A stretch of DNA of 64,000 bases from the human T2T-CHM13v2.0 reference genome, Homo sapiens. Shown here one piece after another: positions 13,955 through 27,905 of the stretch; position 1 is the stretch's first letter, and each line of letters opens with the position of its first letter. A program made the position numbers and the translations under genes. The stretch lies in the NCBI RefSeq assembly GCF_009914755.1, contig NC_060933.1. One strand, written 5' to 3'. The notes under the pieces were generated by a model. That model saw nothing but the letters and a program-made list of their open reading frames with translations. It did no database searches and was not told where the DNA came from.

Positions 13955-15520
13955 TTATATTTCATTAAAATGTGATACAAATATTAATAGCCTACTCAAG
14001 TATATTTACCACCCAGCTTAAAAAATACTACTAATATTGATGAAACTCATGTTCCATAGTATATGTGTTCTTCTGTAACTTTCTTTTCTTCTAACATTAC
14101 ATTAATATGATTTATCCATATTTACATGTGCGTTTCACTTTTGCTGCTTCCTTGTATTCCATCGTATGACTATACCATAATTTATTTAGTGATCCATTCA
14201 CCTATCAATGAACATTTAGATTGTATATCTATTAGGATGGGATACACTATGCTAAGCTCAAATCTCAATGGCTTAAAATATTTTATTTTGGTTTGGATTT
14301 TGTATTGCAGATGGTGGAGGTTCTGTCAGTCTGGGTCCCACCCAAGATGTACAGTTTATTCTACATGTCCACCATGGGTGGGACCCAGACTGACAGAAAC
14401 TCCACCATCTGCAATACTCTGGTCACTGTAGCTGGGGAGGTCACTGAGGTAAATCATTTACAGTCTCTTAAAAACTTTTCACCCAGAATTGACCCATGTT
14501 CCTTCTATTCAGATTGTACTGGCCATAGAAAATTACATTGCCGCATTTAATTTCAAAGGATTAGGTTAGAGCTGTGTAATACTGCCACATACCCATGAGG
14601 AAAAGAATTGTAATACTAGCAAACAGCTCTAAGATAATTGCAAGTGGTTTTCAAAGTTTTGTCTTGTGGAGTGGCATTGTTAGGTCATGGGGTATAGACA
14701 GTTCAACTTTACTGGATATTATCAGAATGCTCTCCAGAGTTGTATGAGCTTGTACTCCCACTAGCAATGCATAAAAGTCAACTTTGTGCTGTGTCCTCAC
14801 CAGCATATTCAGTTTTCTTTTTTGCTATTGTCTTATGCAATGGCACCTCATTGTGGTGTTAATATTTATTTCTCTTACTACTAAGGAGGTGGGGTATCTT
14901 TCCAGGTGTTTATTAGCCATTCTTCCTTTTCTATCAATTGCCCATTTAAGTATTTTGTCTGTTTTTCTGAGTTTGTTTTCATTTTTATATTAGTTTATTG
15001 GAGTCTGGCAGTTATTTTTGAATAATAATTATTTATGATTATTGGTGTTATAATTATCTTTCCCCAGTCAGCGATTTGTTTTGATGCAAACTTGACTTAT
15101 GGTCAAGTTTGTCAAAAGTTTTTGCTAAGCTTTTTGAGTTCTTTGTGTGTGTGTGTGTGTTTGCATGCATGCAAGTTTACTTTAAAAAAAATCATTACTC
15201 TGATGTTGTAAAGATATTTTTCTCTATTTCATTTTACATGATGTACAGTTTTTCTTTCTATAATTAGCTACTTAATTCACCTGGGATTAGTATTTTGCAT
15301 ATAATATGAGGTAGGGATTTGAGTTTGCATTTTTTTCGTATGGTTAGCCTACTCTCTCAGCACAAAAGAATAGTCCAACATTTCACTAATTAGCATTGCT
15401 TTGTGATGTATGCTTGATATATGTGTAGGAATCTTTCTGGGCCTTTTTTTCTGTTTTGTCTATTTCTCTAAATCTTTATCAATTCCACCATGTCTTATTA
15501 TTTTAGCTTTATAATAGCTT
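13955..15520 (-). mobile_element. L1ME 3' region, interrupted by an MLT1-like LTR
   Basis: ccattcacctatcaatgaacatttaga; tgtactcccactagcaatgc; gtgtttattagccatt; ataatatgaggtaggga. Confidence 0.7.
14230..14630 (-). mobile_element. Old MLT1 (J/K/L-like) LTR
   Basis: ctcaaatctcaatggcttaaa...gggacccagactgacaga...actggccatagaaaattacat. Confidence 0.6.
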
Positions 15521-16089
15521 GACATTTGATAAGAAGTGTGGATATTTCATATTTATTCAACCAGTACAAAGAAGGCATATACTCTAGTCCAGGTAACTTT
15601 CTACATGTTGTAGATATAAAATTGGAAAAAAAAATTCTCCTTTCTGGGAATGTAGAATCTTTTGAGAAAGTCTGCCTAGTGAACATGTAAATTATAATAC
15701 AAATGTTAATACTATAATATGTGCATATAATATGTGCTCCAGACACACTCTGTCTGGAATAGGAGAGAAGCAGAAACTATGTGTTGAGAATTAAAAAAAA
15801 ATTAGATTACACGATTCCAAATCTATTCCCAAGAAATTGTAGCCTTATCTATAAAATCAAGAGTAGTGTTTGAGTAGGTTAAGAATGGACCTCGGGCTGT
15901 AGTTTAGATATATCTGACCTAGAGGTGAAAATGATGTATTTATTAAATAGATTTTGTATTCTATCATGTCTACTTGGCACAAAGATTCCACAGAGATTCC
16001 ATTTTGCTGATCTTTTTACTTTCATTGGCTTTAGATCTATTTTACATTCTTCATTATGGACAGGCCATTATGAAAAACTCTTGAGGGTT

Positions 16090-16680
16090 GATTATATTTG
16101 TGCCTAATTCTGTAGGCCTAGAACTAGATTTAGGCCTATAGAATTTAAAAACTTACATGAAAGGAAGGCAACCAGATGATAACTCAAATTTTATTTTTAT
16201 GAATGTGGCTATAAAGTTGTTGCTTGAGACACTAACAGAATGATAGATTACTTCAAAAGCATTATAGTATCTCATCTAAGGGAATTAATGATTCTAATCA
16301 ACCCCTTTGTACAGGTACACCCTAGAGGTTTGGGTTGATTTCTATGTTTCACTTTTTAGGAGGGACAAAAGTAAACTGATACATTCTTGGAAGAGAGCCC
16401 TAGGTAGATGTGGACTTAAAATTCAGTGAGATTATTGATGAATGAAAGCATAGGGATTGTTTTGACAGGAATGGTAGGTAGTAGGGGTTGGGAAAAACAG
16501 GTTATCTTTTGAAGTATTTGTCTTTAAATGGCAGCAATAAGATGAATGGATCATGCCTGATGGAAATTCCTTCTTACTAGCTATGTTCAAACATGGATTC
16601 ACTAGTAGATCTATTCAGAGAAGTCCTATAGAAGAGATTCAAAAGTATTTGTCAAGATGAGTTCTATGATAACACAAACT
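16090..16680 (+). mobile_element. L3/CR1 LINE fragment
   Basis: caggtacaccctagaggtttgggttgatttctatgtttcactttttaggagggacaaaagtaaactga resembles the CR1 RT 3' motif. Confidence 0.6.
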
Positions 16681-17157
16681 TCTTGAGATATTATATCGTT
16701 TTGCTTCTTTATTAAAATTTTCTTGATGTGCAAATGATACTACCCCATGTTTTGGAGTCTTGTTTTGTTTTAATTTTTCATTTTTTCCCCTGTTTTGTAA
16801 ACAATGAAAAATAGAGTAAAATGCCCTTCAACTTCACATATATGTGACTATAACCTTAGTCTAACCTACTAATTCTGTGCTGATCTTGCATTTATCACTT
16901 GCCCTCACCGGCCAACCTATTCAGAGCTGCAAAAGAGCAAAACAAGATATGCAATTGTAATTTGAGTGTGTTACTAAGCTTGTGTTGTTGTAAATAATAG
17001 TTTTAGAAACAAGGAAGAGCAGTGAAGACAGAGTGTGAAATCTTTGGGTAGGAACTACATCTGATTTGCCCTTCTATTTAACTCTGTTGACTAGCATATT
17101 GCCTGGAAAATAAAAATGCACAATAAATACTGGTTTAGTTAAAAACAAAACCTACTT

Positions 17158-17450
17158 TAACCCCAGCACTTTGGGAAGACATGGCAGGCAGATCGCTTGA
17201 GGTCAGGAGTTCAAGGCCAGCCTGGCCAACATGGTAAAACCCCGTCTCTACTAAAAATACAAATATTAGCTGGGCACGGAGTGGCACGTGCCTGTGGTCC
17301 CTGCTACTCAGGAGGCTGAGGCATGAGAGTTGCTGGAACCCAAGAGGCAGAGATTGCAGTAAGCTGAGATTGCACCACTGCACTCCAGCCTGGGTAACAG
17401 TGAGACTCTGTCTCAAAAAAACAAAACAAAACAAAACAAAACAGAAACGG
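17158..17450 (+). mobile_element. Alu (AluS-type), 5'-truncated, with (CAAAA)n tail
   Basis: Begins at taaccccagcactttggg; dimer and tail present. Confidence 0.95.
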
Positions 17451-17869
17451 AAAACACAACCTGTCATTTCTCAATAATCATATAAATTGTGTTATCAGTG
17501 GTAAAGAGAACTTTAGATTCATAGTCATGTATTTGTTCTTTGTGCACAGAATTTCATGTAATCAACATTTATTGTGAACTATAGGGGAGGGGAAAGCAGT
17601 ATTAGGTGCTGGGAGAAAATGGAATGACTTGAAAGGTTTGGAAGCCAGTGGTTTAGTTTTGAGCACATGATGAAGACATTATAAATACTTTACAATGCTA
17701 CAAAACAACATGCATTCACTTTCTCAAGTGCAGAAGCATTTGTGAAATTCAGCAAAAAACAACTGAAAATTTTTGTGGCAAAAACCTTAAGCCTTTAATT
17801 TCTAACTTTTGCTAACCAATTCCTTTGTACTCCAAAGGGTATCAGTAATTTATATTTTGATTTACATAT

Positions 17870-18306
17870 TGTATTCGTCTGTTCAGGCACTGCTATAAAG
17901 AAATACTTGAGACTGGGTAATTTATAAATAAAAGAAGTTTTATTGGCTGACAGTTCCTCAGGCTGTACAGGAAGCATGATGCTGACATCTGCTCAGCTTT
18001 TGAGGAGCCCTCAGGAAACTTACAATCAGGGCAGAAGGCAAAAGGAAAGCCAGCACTTCACATGACTGGAATGACTGGAGCAGGAGAAAGAGAGAGAGTG
18101 GCGAGGTGTCATACTCTTTTAAACAACCAGATCTCTGGATATCTCACTCACTCACTGTCATGAGAACAACACTGAGGGGATGGTGCTAAACCATTCATGA
18201 ATAATCATCCCCATGATCCAATCACCTCCCACCAGGCCCCACCTCCAACACTGGGGATTACAATTCAACATGAGATTCAGTGAGGACATACATCCAAACC
18301 ATATCA
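17870..18306 (-). mobile_element. MSTA-like solo LTR
   Basis: tgtatt...aaaccatatca; internal gaggggatggtgctaaaccattcatg; TSD catat/cctat. Confidence 0.92.
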
Positions 18307-18744
18307 CCTATTATTTGAAATGATTTTAAGTTAACTATTAAAGTTTTCTTTGATGGCTTTAAAAACCAAGTTATACCAACTTTACCACACTTAGGAATTG
18401 TGACTTTGAAAGAAATCTGGACATAAGCTCATCTTTTTTGGAGGGTACTGGCACATGTTATATATGAAGGTAGGTACTCATCCCAAACACTGAGATTTCA
18501 TTATGAAATGGGGCAAGAATAGTTTTATGGAGAATAAGTAAATTCCTAGTGTGAGTGCAAGTTGTCATCTTGATGCCACTGTGATCCTCAGCAAAAGTGA
18601 TTTATTGTATTGGATTATATTATCCACCTATTTTTTCACATGCTTCTTTTACTATGATATTATGCAGGCAACTATGACCACTGTCGAATGCTCTCTCAGC
18701 CACATCTTTTATACTGTGCCAATTAAGCAGAAGGTGGGGAATGT

Positions 18745-18900
18745 TGTCAGAGGGACTTAAATGTCTCATCTAAAGGTCAGCACCTAATGACAAGACAGCA
18801 TTTATCCTGAACTGGACTGTAGAGTCAGCACTGGGTTTGAGCCCAGTTGCTGTTGTGGGACTTCAATATACAGTCCTCCAAATGAGAACAGGTGGTGTCA
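18745..18900 (-). mobile_element. Probable tRNA-headed Deu-domain SINE relic (AmnSINE2-like)
   Basis: Minus-strand aggtgctgacctttagatgagacatttaa (18757-18785) matches the recalled Deu core at 22/29; upstream B-box-like ttgaagtccca. Confidence 0.6.
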
Positions 18901-20029
18901 AAGGAACTATACTGGTGTTCAAGATATATCCTAAAATAGATTTAAGCCTCTCCATGACCTCATTTTGCCGCTCGGGCTTGCTTACGAGTGTGTTTTTGGG
19001 TGGTGTTAATGTTCCAGTGTTAGCCATTATAATTTATGGACTGACATAGGATCGTTAGCACTGAGCATGGATTGTGCTCAGTAGCCAAGGCATAACTTTT
19101 TCCCCTCTGTGTTTCCTACAGCTGGTCAGTGTTTTGTAACCAGGGCACCAACTCTGCAGCCAGTTCGTAACTTTAGATGTTTGATTGGGTGTGTAGTTGG
19201 CATCACAGACACGGTTAACCAAGGATAATATTAGAGTATGAGTGACAGTTTCAATATTTTATTCCTGTTAGAACTAGCTTTAGCACAAGTTGAAACCAGG
19301 TAACTGAACCTATAGTAAGATTTTATTTAATAAAATCATTTCATGCAAGGTAACAGTAACTGTGACTGTTTAGCCTTGGAGCAGGTGAAGGAGTTAACGA
19401 TTTTGTCAATTAAAGTTTCATCAAAGTAAGCCATAGATGTTCTATTTCTGGAAAGAGTAATAATGTTACAAGGTTTACAATGAAAACCAGCAGACCTTTG
19501 ACCTCTTTTTCCCTACTGTCAGTCCTGCTTTCAAGAACCACCACTTTTCATTCTGTCAATGCTTCTGGTATTTGCCACCATTTTTCTATATAACACAGTT
19601 ATACTTGCGGTTCTTGATTCTTCAGTTTTAGATATTACATATTGAGTTTTTATTTTTATTATGACAGATATGAAAGATAAAGGTTTAACTCTTTTAAACT
19701 CCATTTGCCTCCAACATACATTATTCCCCTTCTCCCATCCTCTTTTTCACAATGTTTGGTGAAATCAGTATTTTGTTTCTCATTGTTACTAAATAAATTG
19801 GTTCTCAATGGGTGCAGGAATAGTCATTCTTAATGATTGTTCATTAAGACATTATAATAATTAGGTTAAGGGATTTGATGCTGTCAGGGTGATTCCCTGA
19901 TAACACTGTAGACATAGACAGGGAACAGATACACAGAACAGAGAGAAACAAGCTGCTTCCTGGGCTTGATTGGAACACAGCAATGAAGACATTTGCCCAT
20001 AACTGTGCTAGGGGTGAAGCAAGTGAGAA

Positions 20030-20800
20030 AGGGGTATGGGTTAATTAGGAGGGACACTGTGGAGGAGATTGCAAACGTCTTTGCAAGGATTTTTGAAAAT
20101 GTATGGGGGCATTTTTTGGAGTTCACAATGGTTTGGGGCACAAGTGATGCTTAATGGATGGAGTCCAGGGCTACTAGACCTTGTGCAATGCATGGTCAAA
20201 GAGTTGTCCTGCACCCCACCTGAATGTCCTGCTGAAATGCTGTACATAGGTACCTTAGTGTAGATAAAAAACTCATTTATAAATATCTGAACCCAGAACC
20301 TGTCAGAATTTTACATAAAAACACACAGTATTCTAACAGCGTTTCACTATATGCTGAATTTTCTAGGAATTAACCACCAGACTAATCAATGAAAGATTGT
20401 CATTTGTTGTTTGGAGGTTTATTAAGACTTGCACACTATTTGGAAAATCATATGCCCCAAAACACCCCCGGTGCTATTTTAATTAATATATTAATATATG
20501 TCAATCTATATTTATAGCTGTTACATTCATGAAGATTCTCAATTAGATGCAATATCTGCTACTTTATTTTATCTGTTAATGTAATCAGTATCCAAATCTG
20601 TTTATTTACATATTAGAATATTTGTTATTTCATTAAATTTTACTTTTGTGTATTTCTTCATCATATTTCAGTTAGGATGTAACATTGATGTTTTTCTTTA
20701 TGTTATGAACATAGGCAAGTTATATACCTATGAATTTCATCAATTCATTATAAGATATGTGTTATAAAAATATGAAATATGATCTGAGTTGAAAATAGAA
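20030..20800. mobile_element. MER20B-like hAT-Charlie element
   Basis: gggggcattttttggagttcacaatgg...ccagggctactagaccttgtgcaatgc...tatctgaacccagaacct...gctgaattttctaggaat. Confidence 0.75.
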
Positions 20801-23230
20801 TTATAGCTGAGTCACAAAGTGACTTTTTTGAATAAGCTTTTTTTATATTTTCATTGTTTTTTTAAAATATAATTATCAAGAATTGTAAAACTCATCTTAA
20901 TATAGTTCACATGTCAGAGAAAACACCAATATCATGATCTACTTAGTGAAATCCCCCTTCCTGTTGCGACCCTATCTCTTTTCTTTTCTTTCTAGGTCTG
21001 GAACATAGCTCTTATTCTGGGATTTCATCTGTGATCATCCTGGGAATTTTCTGTATGATCTTGGGTCCTGTTCCCATTTCTTCCTTTTTCTTACTTCATT
21101 CCCTGATTTTGATGGAACATTTTCTAAAATGGCTTCATCAGAAAGGGTAATAAGGTAAATTCTGTGAGACTGTATGTGTCTGAAAATATATTTATTCTAT
21201 CCTCACACTTGTTTGATAATCTGACTAGGTATCAAATTCTAGGTTTGAAATAATTTTTCCTCAGAATTTTGAAGGCATTTTTGTTGAAATCTAATGCCAG
21301 TTTAGTTCCTAATTCTTTATATATTACTTGCTTCTCTCTCTCCCACTCTCCCCTCGCTATCTTTGAGAACATTTGTAATCTTCTTTATTCCTGGGGTTCT
21401 GATATTTTACAATGATATATTTTGGTGTGAAATTTTATATATTAGTGGAACTGAATATTCAGTGGGAGGTATGTTATCTGTTAATTTTTATACTGCACTC
21501 ATTTTATGTATTATTTATCTGATACTTTTCTCCCATTCATTTTTTTATTCTCCTTTTTTCTGGAACTTTTGTAATAATGACTTTCAAAATTAATTTTTAA
21601 TTATATGTCTACATATACATAAATGTTATATATTTAAAATCCTATTTAATGGATACTTTCTTCAAGTTTATCTATTAACAAAACCATTACTTTTTGATGT
21701 CCTATCACCTCTTCAATTACCCAAGCTCAGTTATGTTATCTTAGATATTGCATTTTGGCAATATTCTGTTCTTGTTCTTAGATGTACTCCTTTTTTTTTT
21801 TTCCTTAGTATGTCCATTATAATATTCTAAATTTTTCTTCAGTTCAGTGCACTGTTTACATTTCTTCTGAATTCTTATTTTCATCTGGCCTGGTTTGGTC
21901 TCTGCTTCTTTCATGTTAGACATACCCCTCAAATATCTAGTGATCTTTGACTATTCTTTGTACTTGTATTAGTTTTTTACTGCTGCTGTAATAAATTACC
22001 ACAATTGTAGTGGCTTAACACAATACAGGTTTATTATCTTATAGCTCTGGAATTCAGAGGTTCAAAATAAATTCCACTAGGCTAAAATTAAGGTGTTGGT
22101 ATAGCTGATTTCATTCTAGAGGCTTTAGGAGAATACATGTTTCCTTGCTTTTTCCAAATTCTAGAGGTTACCTGAAGTCCTTAGCTTGTAGGTCCCTTCT
22201 TCCGTCTTTAAAGTACATTACTCCACTTCTGATTCCATCATCACGTCTTTTTTTTTTTCTCACTTGACCCTCCTGGTTGCCTTTTATAAGGACCCTTGTC
22301 ATTACATTGGGCCCACCCAGATAATTAAGGACAATCCCTACAAATCAAAATCCTTAACTTAATCGTATCTGCCAAGTCTTTTTACCATGTAGAATATAAT
22401 ATTCACAGGGTCCAGAGATTAGGATGTGGACATCTTTGGTCATGGGAGGGGAATTGTTTTGTTTATTGGTGTTCTTTAAGAAATGAATCTCTGATTATTG
22501 ATAAGTTGTGTGTGTATGGTTAAGTGATTGCACCAGTGGCCCTTAATTTCATTCATTGGGAGACAACCCATTGATGTCTCCTAGAAGCTTTTGTCTCTCA
22601 GCTGATCATTTCTGTGACAGAGAAATTCTACTAGAGGGTTGTAAGCCTAGCTGTTAGAATTCTGCGAGCCATACAGGTAAAGGAGTTTGAGGGAGGCAAT
22701 AGCAGTTCTCACCATTCAATATGCAGGATATTACTCATTCATCTTCTTTTCAGCACAGATCGCCATTTCCACCCTTAGCTTTGGTGTTTCCATGTCTTCT
22801 GTGATTGAATTGTCCTAACAGCCAGCAAAGATCAGGGTTCTCACTAGCAGAGAAAAGAGAAGGAAGGGATATGGTGGTCTGACCACTCCTGATACAGACT
22901 TTCACCCAGTCCTGCTTTCAGACGAACTCCATGCCCAGCTTTCAGAAGTACTCAGAACCTTCAATTCCTGAGTTACTCTGGAGTTCTACAGTGAATGTTT
23001 ATTTTTTCACTGATTTTGCCCTATGTAGGCTTTCAGAAACAATGATTATTTATCTGTCCCATTTTCAGGCTTTAAAAAATGTTACTGTCTTTCATCTGCT
23101 GTTCTTCCCTTTTCTGTTCTTAGCCCTTGTTCACATCTATTTTTTAAAAATTCCATTACTATCATTTTAAAGCTGTTTTATAGGGAAGCAGGGATAAACT
23201 GCATGCTTAAACTGTCACATTTAACTGCAA
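20800..23230 (-). mobile_element. HAL1/L1ME-type ORF1-region fragments, interrupted by MLT1
   Basis: gtgtctgaaaatatatttattctatcctcacacttgtttgataatctgactaggtatcaaattctaggttt. Confidence 0.6.
21965..22465 (-). mobile_element. MLT1C/D LTR
   Basis: tgtattagt...gctgctgtaataaattaccaca...acattgggcccacccagataat...gattaggatgtggacatctttgg. Confidence 0.88.
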
Positions 23231-23299
23231 ACTTAAGAATTAGCAGTCTTAAAAGGAGGGGCATATCCAAACAAACACTGAAGGAGGTACAAAAGGTTG

Positions 23300-26200
23300 A
23301 ATGGGTTAAATGTTCTGTAAATGTCTGTTAGGTCTATTTGGTTTAAAGTGCAGTTTAAATCCAGTGTTTCTTTGTTGATTTTCTGTCTAGATGATCCGTT
23401 CAATGCTGAGAGTGGGGTGTTGAAGACCCTAACTATTATTGTATTGGAGCCTGTCTCTCTCTTTATATCTAATAATATTTCCTTTACATTTCTGGGTGCT
23501 CTCATTTTAAGTGCATATATTTGCAATTGATATATTTTTTAAATGAATTGATCCCTTTATCATTATATAGTGATCTTTTTTGTCTCTTTTGACTGTTTTT
23601 GACTTAAATTCTGTTTTGTCTGATGTAAGTTATAGCTACTCCTGCTTGGTTTTGGTTTCTGTTTCTGTTGAATATCTTTTTGCATCTCTTCACTTTCAGT
23701 CTATGTGTGTCTTTACAGATAGTATGAGCCTTTTGGAGACAGCACATAGCTGGGTCTTGGTTTTTATCTATTCAGCTACTCTGTGTTTTTTATGTGGAGA
23801 ATTTAATTCATTAACATTGAAGGTTTTAATTGATATGTGAGGACTTATTCCTGTCATTTTGTTGATTGTTTTCTGTTTTTATTTTTCATGTATCTTTTGT
23901 TCCTTTCTCCTTCTCTTATTGTTTATCATTACAGTTTTGTTGTTTGTCTGTAGTGATAAGCCTTGATTCCTTTCTCTTTCTCCTTTTTGTGTCTCCTTTA
24001 TGAATGTTTTATCATTTTACGTGCTTTCATCATGGTGGCTATCATCTTTTTGCTTCCAGATGTACCACTCCCTTGAACATTTCTTGTAAGGCAGGTCTAA
24101 TGGTGTTCGATTTTCTCAGTTTTTGCTTGTCTGGGAAATACTTCATTTCCTTCTCAGTTCTGACAGATCACTTCACTGGGTATAGTATTCTTGACCAACA
24201 AATTTATTTTTCTTTCTGTACTTTGAATATATAATCTGATTCTCCTGGCCGGTAAATTTTCTGCTGAGAAATCTATTAGTCCAGTTGGGATTCCCTTATA
24301 TGTGACTTCATGCTTTTGTTTTTAGAATTCTCTATTTTTCTTTGGCTTTTGACAATTTGGCTATGTTGTGCCTCAGAGAGGATCTTTTTGTGTTGACTCT
24401 ATTTGGTACATTTGAGCTTTCTGGATATGGATATACATATCTCTTCCATATGGGAAAGACATGGAAAGTTTTCAGCTATTATATAATTAAACATCTAGGT
24501 TTTCCACACCTTTTCCCATCTCTTCTCCTTTTCTAATGCCATAATGCAAATATTTATTTGCTTAATGGTGTTCCATAAGTCCTGCAGGATTTCTTCATTC
24601 TTTTTCATTTTTACTTTTTAAAAATCTGACTGAATAATTTCAAATGACATGTTTCAAGTTCAGAGATTCTTTCTTCTGCTTTATCTAGCCTGCTATTGAT
24701 GCTCTTTATTGTATCTTTTATTAATTGATTTCTTCAGCTGCATGATATCCATTTGGTTCTTTTTTATGATTTCCATCTCTTTGTGAAATTTCTCATTTAT
24801 ATTGTAAATTGTTTTCCTGAGCTTTTTCCTTTACATTATAATTTCAAATTTCTTTTCTTGCAATTTGTAGATTTTCTTTTTTTTTTTTTTTTTTTTTTTT
24901 TGTTGTTGTTGTCTGCTACTGGAGTGTTATTGTGTTCTTTTGGTGGTGTTTTATTTGTTTTTTTTTTTAATATTTCCCGTGTCTCTCTGTTGATATCTGT
25001 TTATATGGTGGAACAATCACCTCTTTCAAATTTTATAGTGGCTTTGGTAGGGGAAGACTTTCACCTGCATTTGGGGCCTTGTATTCTGGTTGAGAAGGGT
25101 GTAGTGACTCTGGTTCTGAATAGATGTAGTGGCATAGTCTCTGTGCAGCTTCATCTGTGACCAATTCCAGTGATAATTGTGAGTGCCTCAGTGACCAAGG
25201 CTATAGAATTTTGTGACACAGCAGTGGTGGTGTAGTTTGTTAATGTTCTTGATGGCCAAAGGTTTCTATTCTTGTTTTCCCCATAATAGGGAGACTTAGC
25301 TTAGGGGATCCCTCTTGGTATTGGGTCTGACACAGCCTACAAGCAGTTGCAGTGCCATTGGGTTCCAGATGCAGGTGCTCAGTGGCTTTGGACCTAGGGT
25401 TCTAGGTTCAGGGTCTCGTCAACATATTGTGACACTTGGATCTTGGGGTTACAGGTTCACTTTCTGTGGCAGGGTTGGATGTTGATGTTGATTGCCCACA
25501 GATGCAGGATCAGTGACTCTGAAACATCCCTTAAAACTTGGGCCTTGGGGGCTGGGTTTTAGTTGTGATTCCATCCTTGGGGAGCAGGGTACAGCACTGG
25601 CTCTTTTTTAGGAAGAAGGGATGCTCTCCAAACCTCCAGGAGGTTTAGGCCCAGGAAGCGGGATATGGCAGCATTTTGGAAACCAAAGCTAATAGGGCAA
25701 CTCAGGCCTTAGGGGATGAGGCACCATGACTTCAGGATGGTAGGACTTAGCAGTATCTCAGATTATATGAGGCTAGGCGCAGTGGTAGTGAATACCTCAG
25801 AATGGCAGAGCACAGAATGGCCGACCAAATGGCTGTCATTTGATCCCTGGGGGTCAGGGAGCAGCACATCAATGACTCAACTCCCCCAGGAGAGGAATAT
25901 CTGAGCAATTCAGATTCTAGAGGGCTAATTCTGCTCCAGGAAGCAAGGTACTAAAATTATTTGGCCTGTAGGATAGGGTGTCTTAGCTCATCCACTGCTT
26001 TTCTTCCCTAGGGTGTAGGGTGATATGTCAGCTCAGCCCAGGGATATGGATTTGTTCAGCTCAGCCAAAGCACTGATTCCCCAGGGGATAATGTGCTACT
26101 TTAGCTCAGGCCTGGGGTGTGTGATTGCTCTAGATGGACCAGGCACTGTTTCCTCGGGATGCAGGGTGCTGCTTCAGTTTAGATACTGGGGTACATTACC

Positions 26201-27371
26201 ACTCTGGATGACTTAGGCACTGTTTTTCAGGAAGTAAGGTGCTGCTTCAAATTAGGCACTGGGAAGGCATGACTGCTCTGGGCAACCAATATATAGCTTT
26301 CTTAAGGGGCAGGGTACCACTTCCACTCAGGCACAGAAAGATGCAACTCCTCTGGGTGGCCAAAGCACTATTCCTAGGATGCCAAGTGTTGCTTCAGCCC
26401 TAGTACAGGAGGGCAGGTGTAGAACTGAGAAGTATATGCAGAGCTGCTCCACCAAAGCACCATTTCCCTAGGAGGCAGTATACAGCTTCAGCTTCAGTCT
26501 AATGGGACTGGGCGCAGGGGTGATTGGAAGGAGCTTTCAGAGCTATTCTGAGAAGGCATAGTTTCCTCAGGAGGCAGTGTACAGATTAAGCTCAGGCCCC
26601 TAGGGTCAGGACATAGCAGTGACTAGGAAAGGGTTGATGGAACTGCTCTGTCAAGCACCATTTCTCCAGGAGGGAGTGCAAAGTTTCAGCTCCAGTGTGA
26701 GGGAGTAGGGCACAGCCACAACTGTGAAGGGTAGGCGGAGTGGTTCTGCCACTGCTTGGCCGCACAGGGAAGGGCGTAACAGCTGCTCCCAGCTCTGCTT
26801 GGGGATGTTGAGTCACTGAGTGGGAGTGGTTTGGTGGTGGTTAGTGTCAGGGGAAAGGGTGCTGTGGCCACTTGTCCCCACAATAAGATACTCCAACAGT
26901 AGTTCTAGTTCTGTGAAGGTACAGTAAAGTAGCTACATGGGCCACAGGAGCTGGAACATGATGTCAGCTCCTTCTCTCGGGGAAGCACAGCTATATGGAA
27001 TCCAGGCAGCTCCTTCAACTGGGCTTAGTGCTTGTGAGGACTGCAGGAGTCCCCAGTGGTGAATGACTTTAGGTATTGTTGATGGGGGCTGCTGGAATCT
27101 TCTTGTTTGCCTTTTCCCTACAAGGAGAAATTCCTTCTGGTCCCCAGCTGATCCTGGCTGGAGAATGGGAGGTAGAGGCCAGGTATTTCCTTCTGTTCTC
27201 TATGTGGCTATCCTAAGTTTCTTTGCTTACCAGCGTTTCTGTTACTTTTTTAGTGTACCTCAACATTCTAGTTATTGTCATCAAAATGTAATTTGTTATT
27301 CATTGTTTTGGCTGTCTTTGTGGGGAGGGCATAGGCAATAGGGGCTTCTAGTCCATCATGTTGCTCAATCC
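23300..27371 (-). mobile_element. L1M2/M3-type 5' portion: 5'UTR with tandem monomers, ORF1 and start of ORF2; 3'-truncated
   Basis: EN-like peptide (NTIIVRVFNTPLSAL..QKINKETLDLNCTLNQIDLTDIYRTF); reverse complement of the right end is gagcaacatgatggactagaagcccc, an L1 5' start. Confidence 0.88.
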
Positions 27372-27905
27372 ACGGTTTGGGTCTTTAATTCATTCCTCCT
27401 CTTAAGGGAATAATGAAATATTTAGCTAGATTACATTTACAGAAATGTCTTCCTCTTTGATCTGTTTAGATCTTCTCTTATTTCTTTATCCTTTTCTTAC
27501 GTTACTTGCTAATTTTCGTCTGTGCTCTGCATTGGGTTCATGTCCTGCATTTGTTTGTTGTTTAGGTATTAAACACTGAATTGTTATAATCTACCTATGT
27601 CTTTAGGTGAATATTTCATTTAATACTTTTTAAAAAAATCAAATGTTCAGTGTTTAAACACTGGAAAATGAAGAAAGTTCTAATGCTCAAACAAAAAAAA
27701 TCTTCCTGCTTTATCAAAAGTCCTTTAACACATTAGTATATGTACTTCACTTTCTATGTATGTACAAATATTTGTGTGTGTGTGGATTAAAAATAGAAAT
27801 CACATTATTTTGTAGCTTGCTTTCTTTTACTTAGCATATTCCCATATCAATACTCTTTTATAAATAGTATTATTTGTATTGCTTGCATTATGTTTGCTTT
27901 TATGA

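Noticed and set aside
25990-26720. CRISPR-like repeat-spacer array
   Set aside because: Eukaryotic context; units are degenerate along their whole length and lie within an L1 5'UTR.
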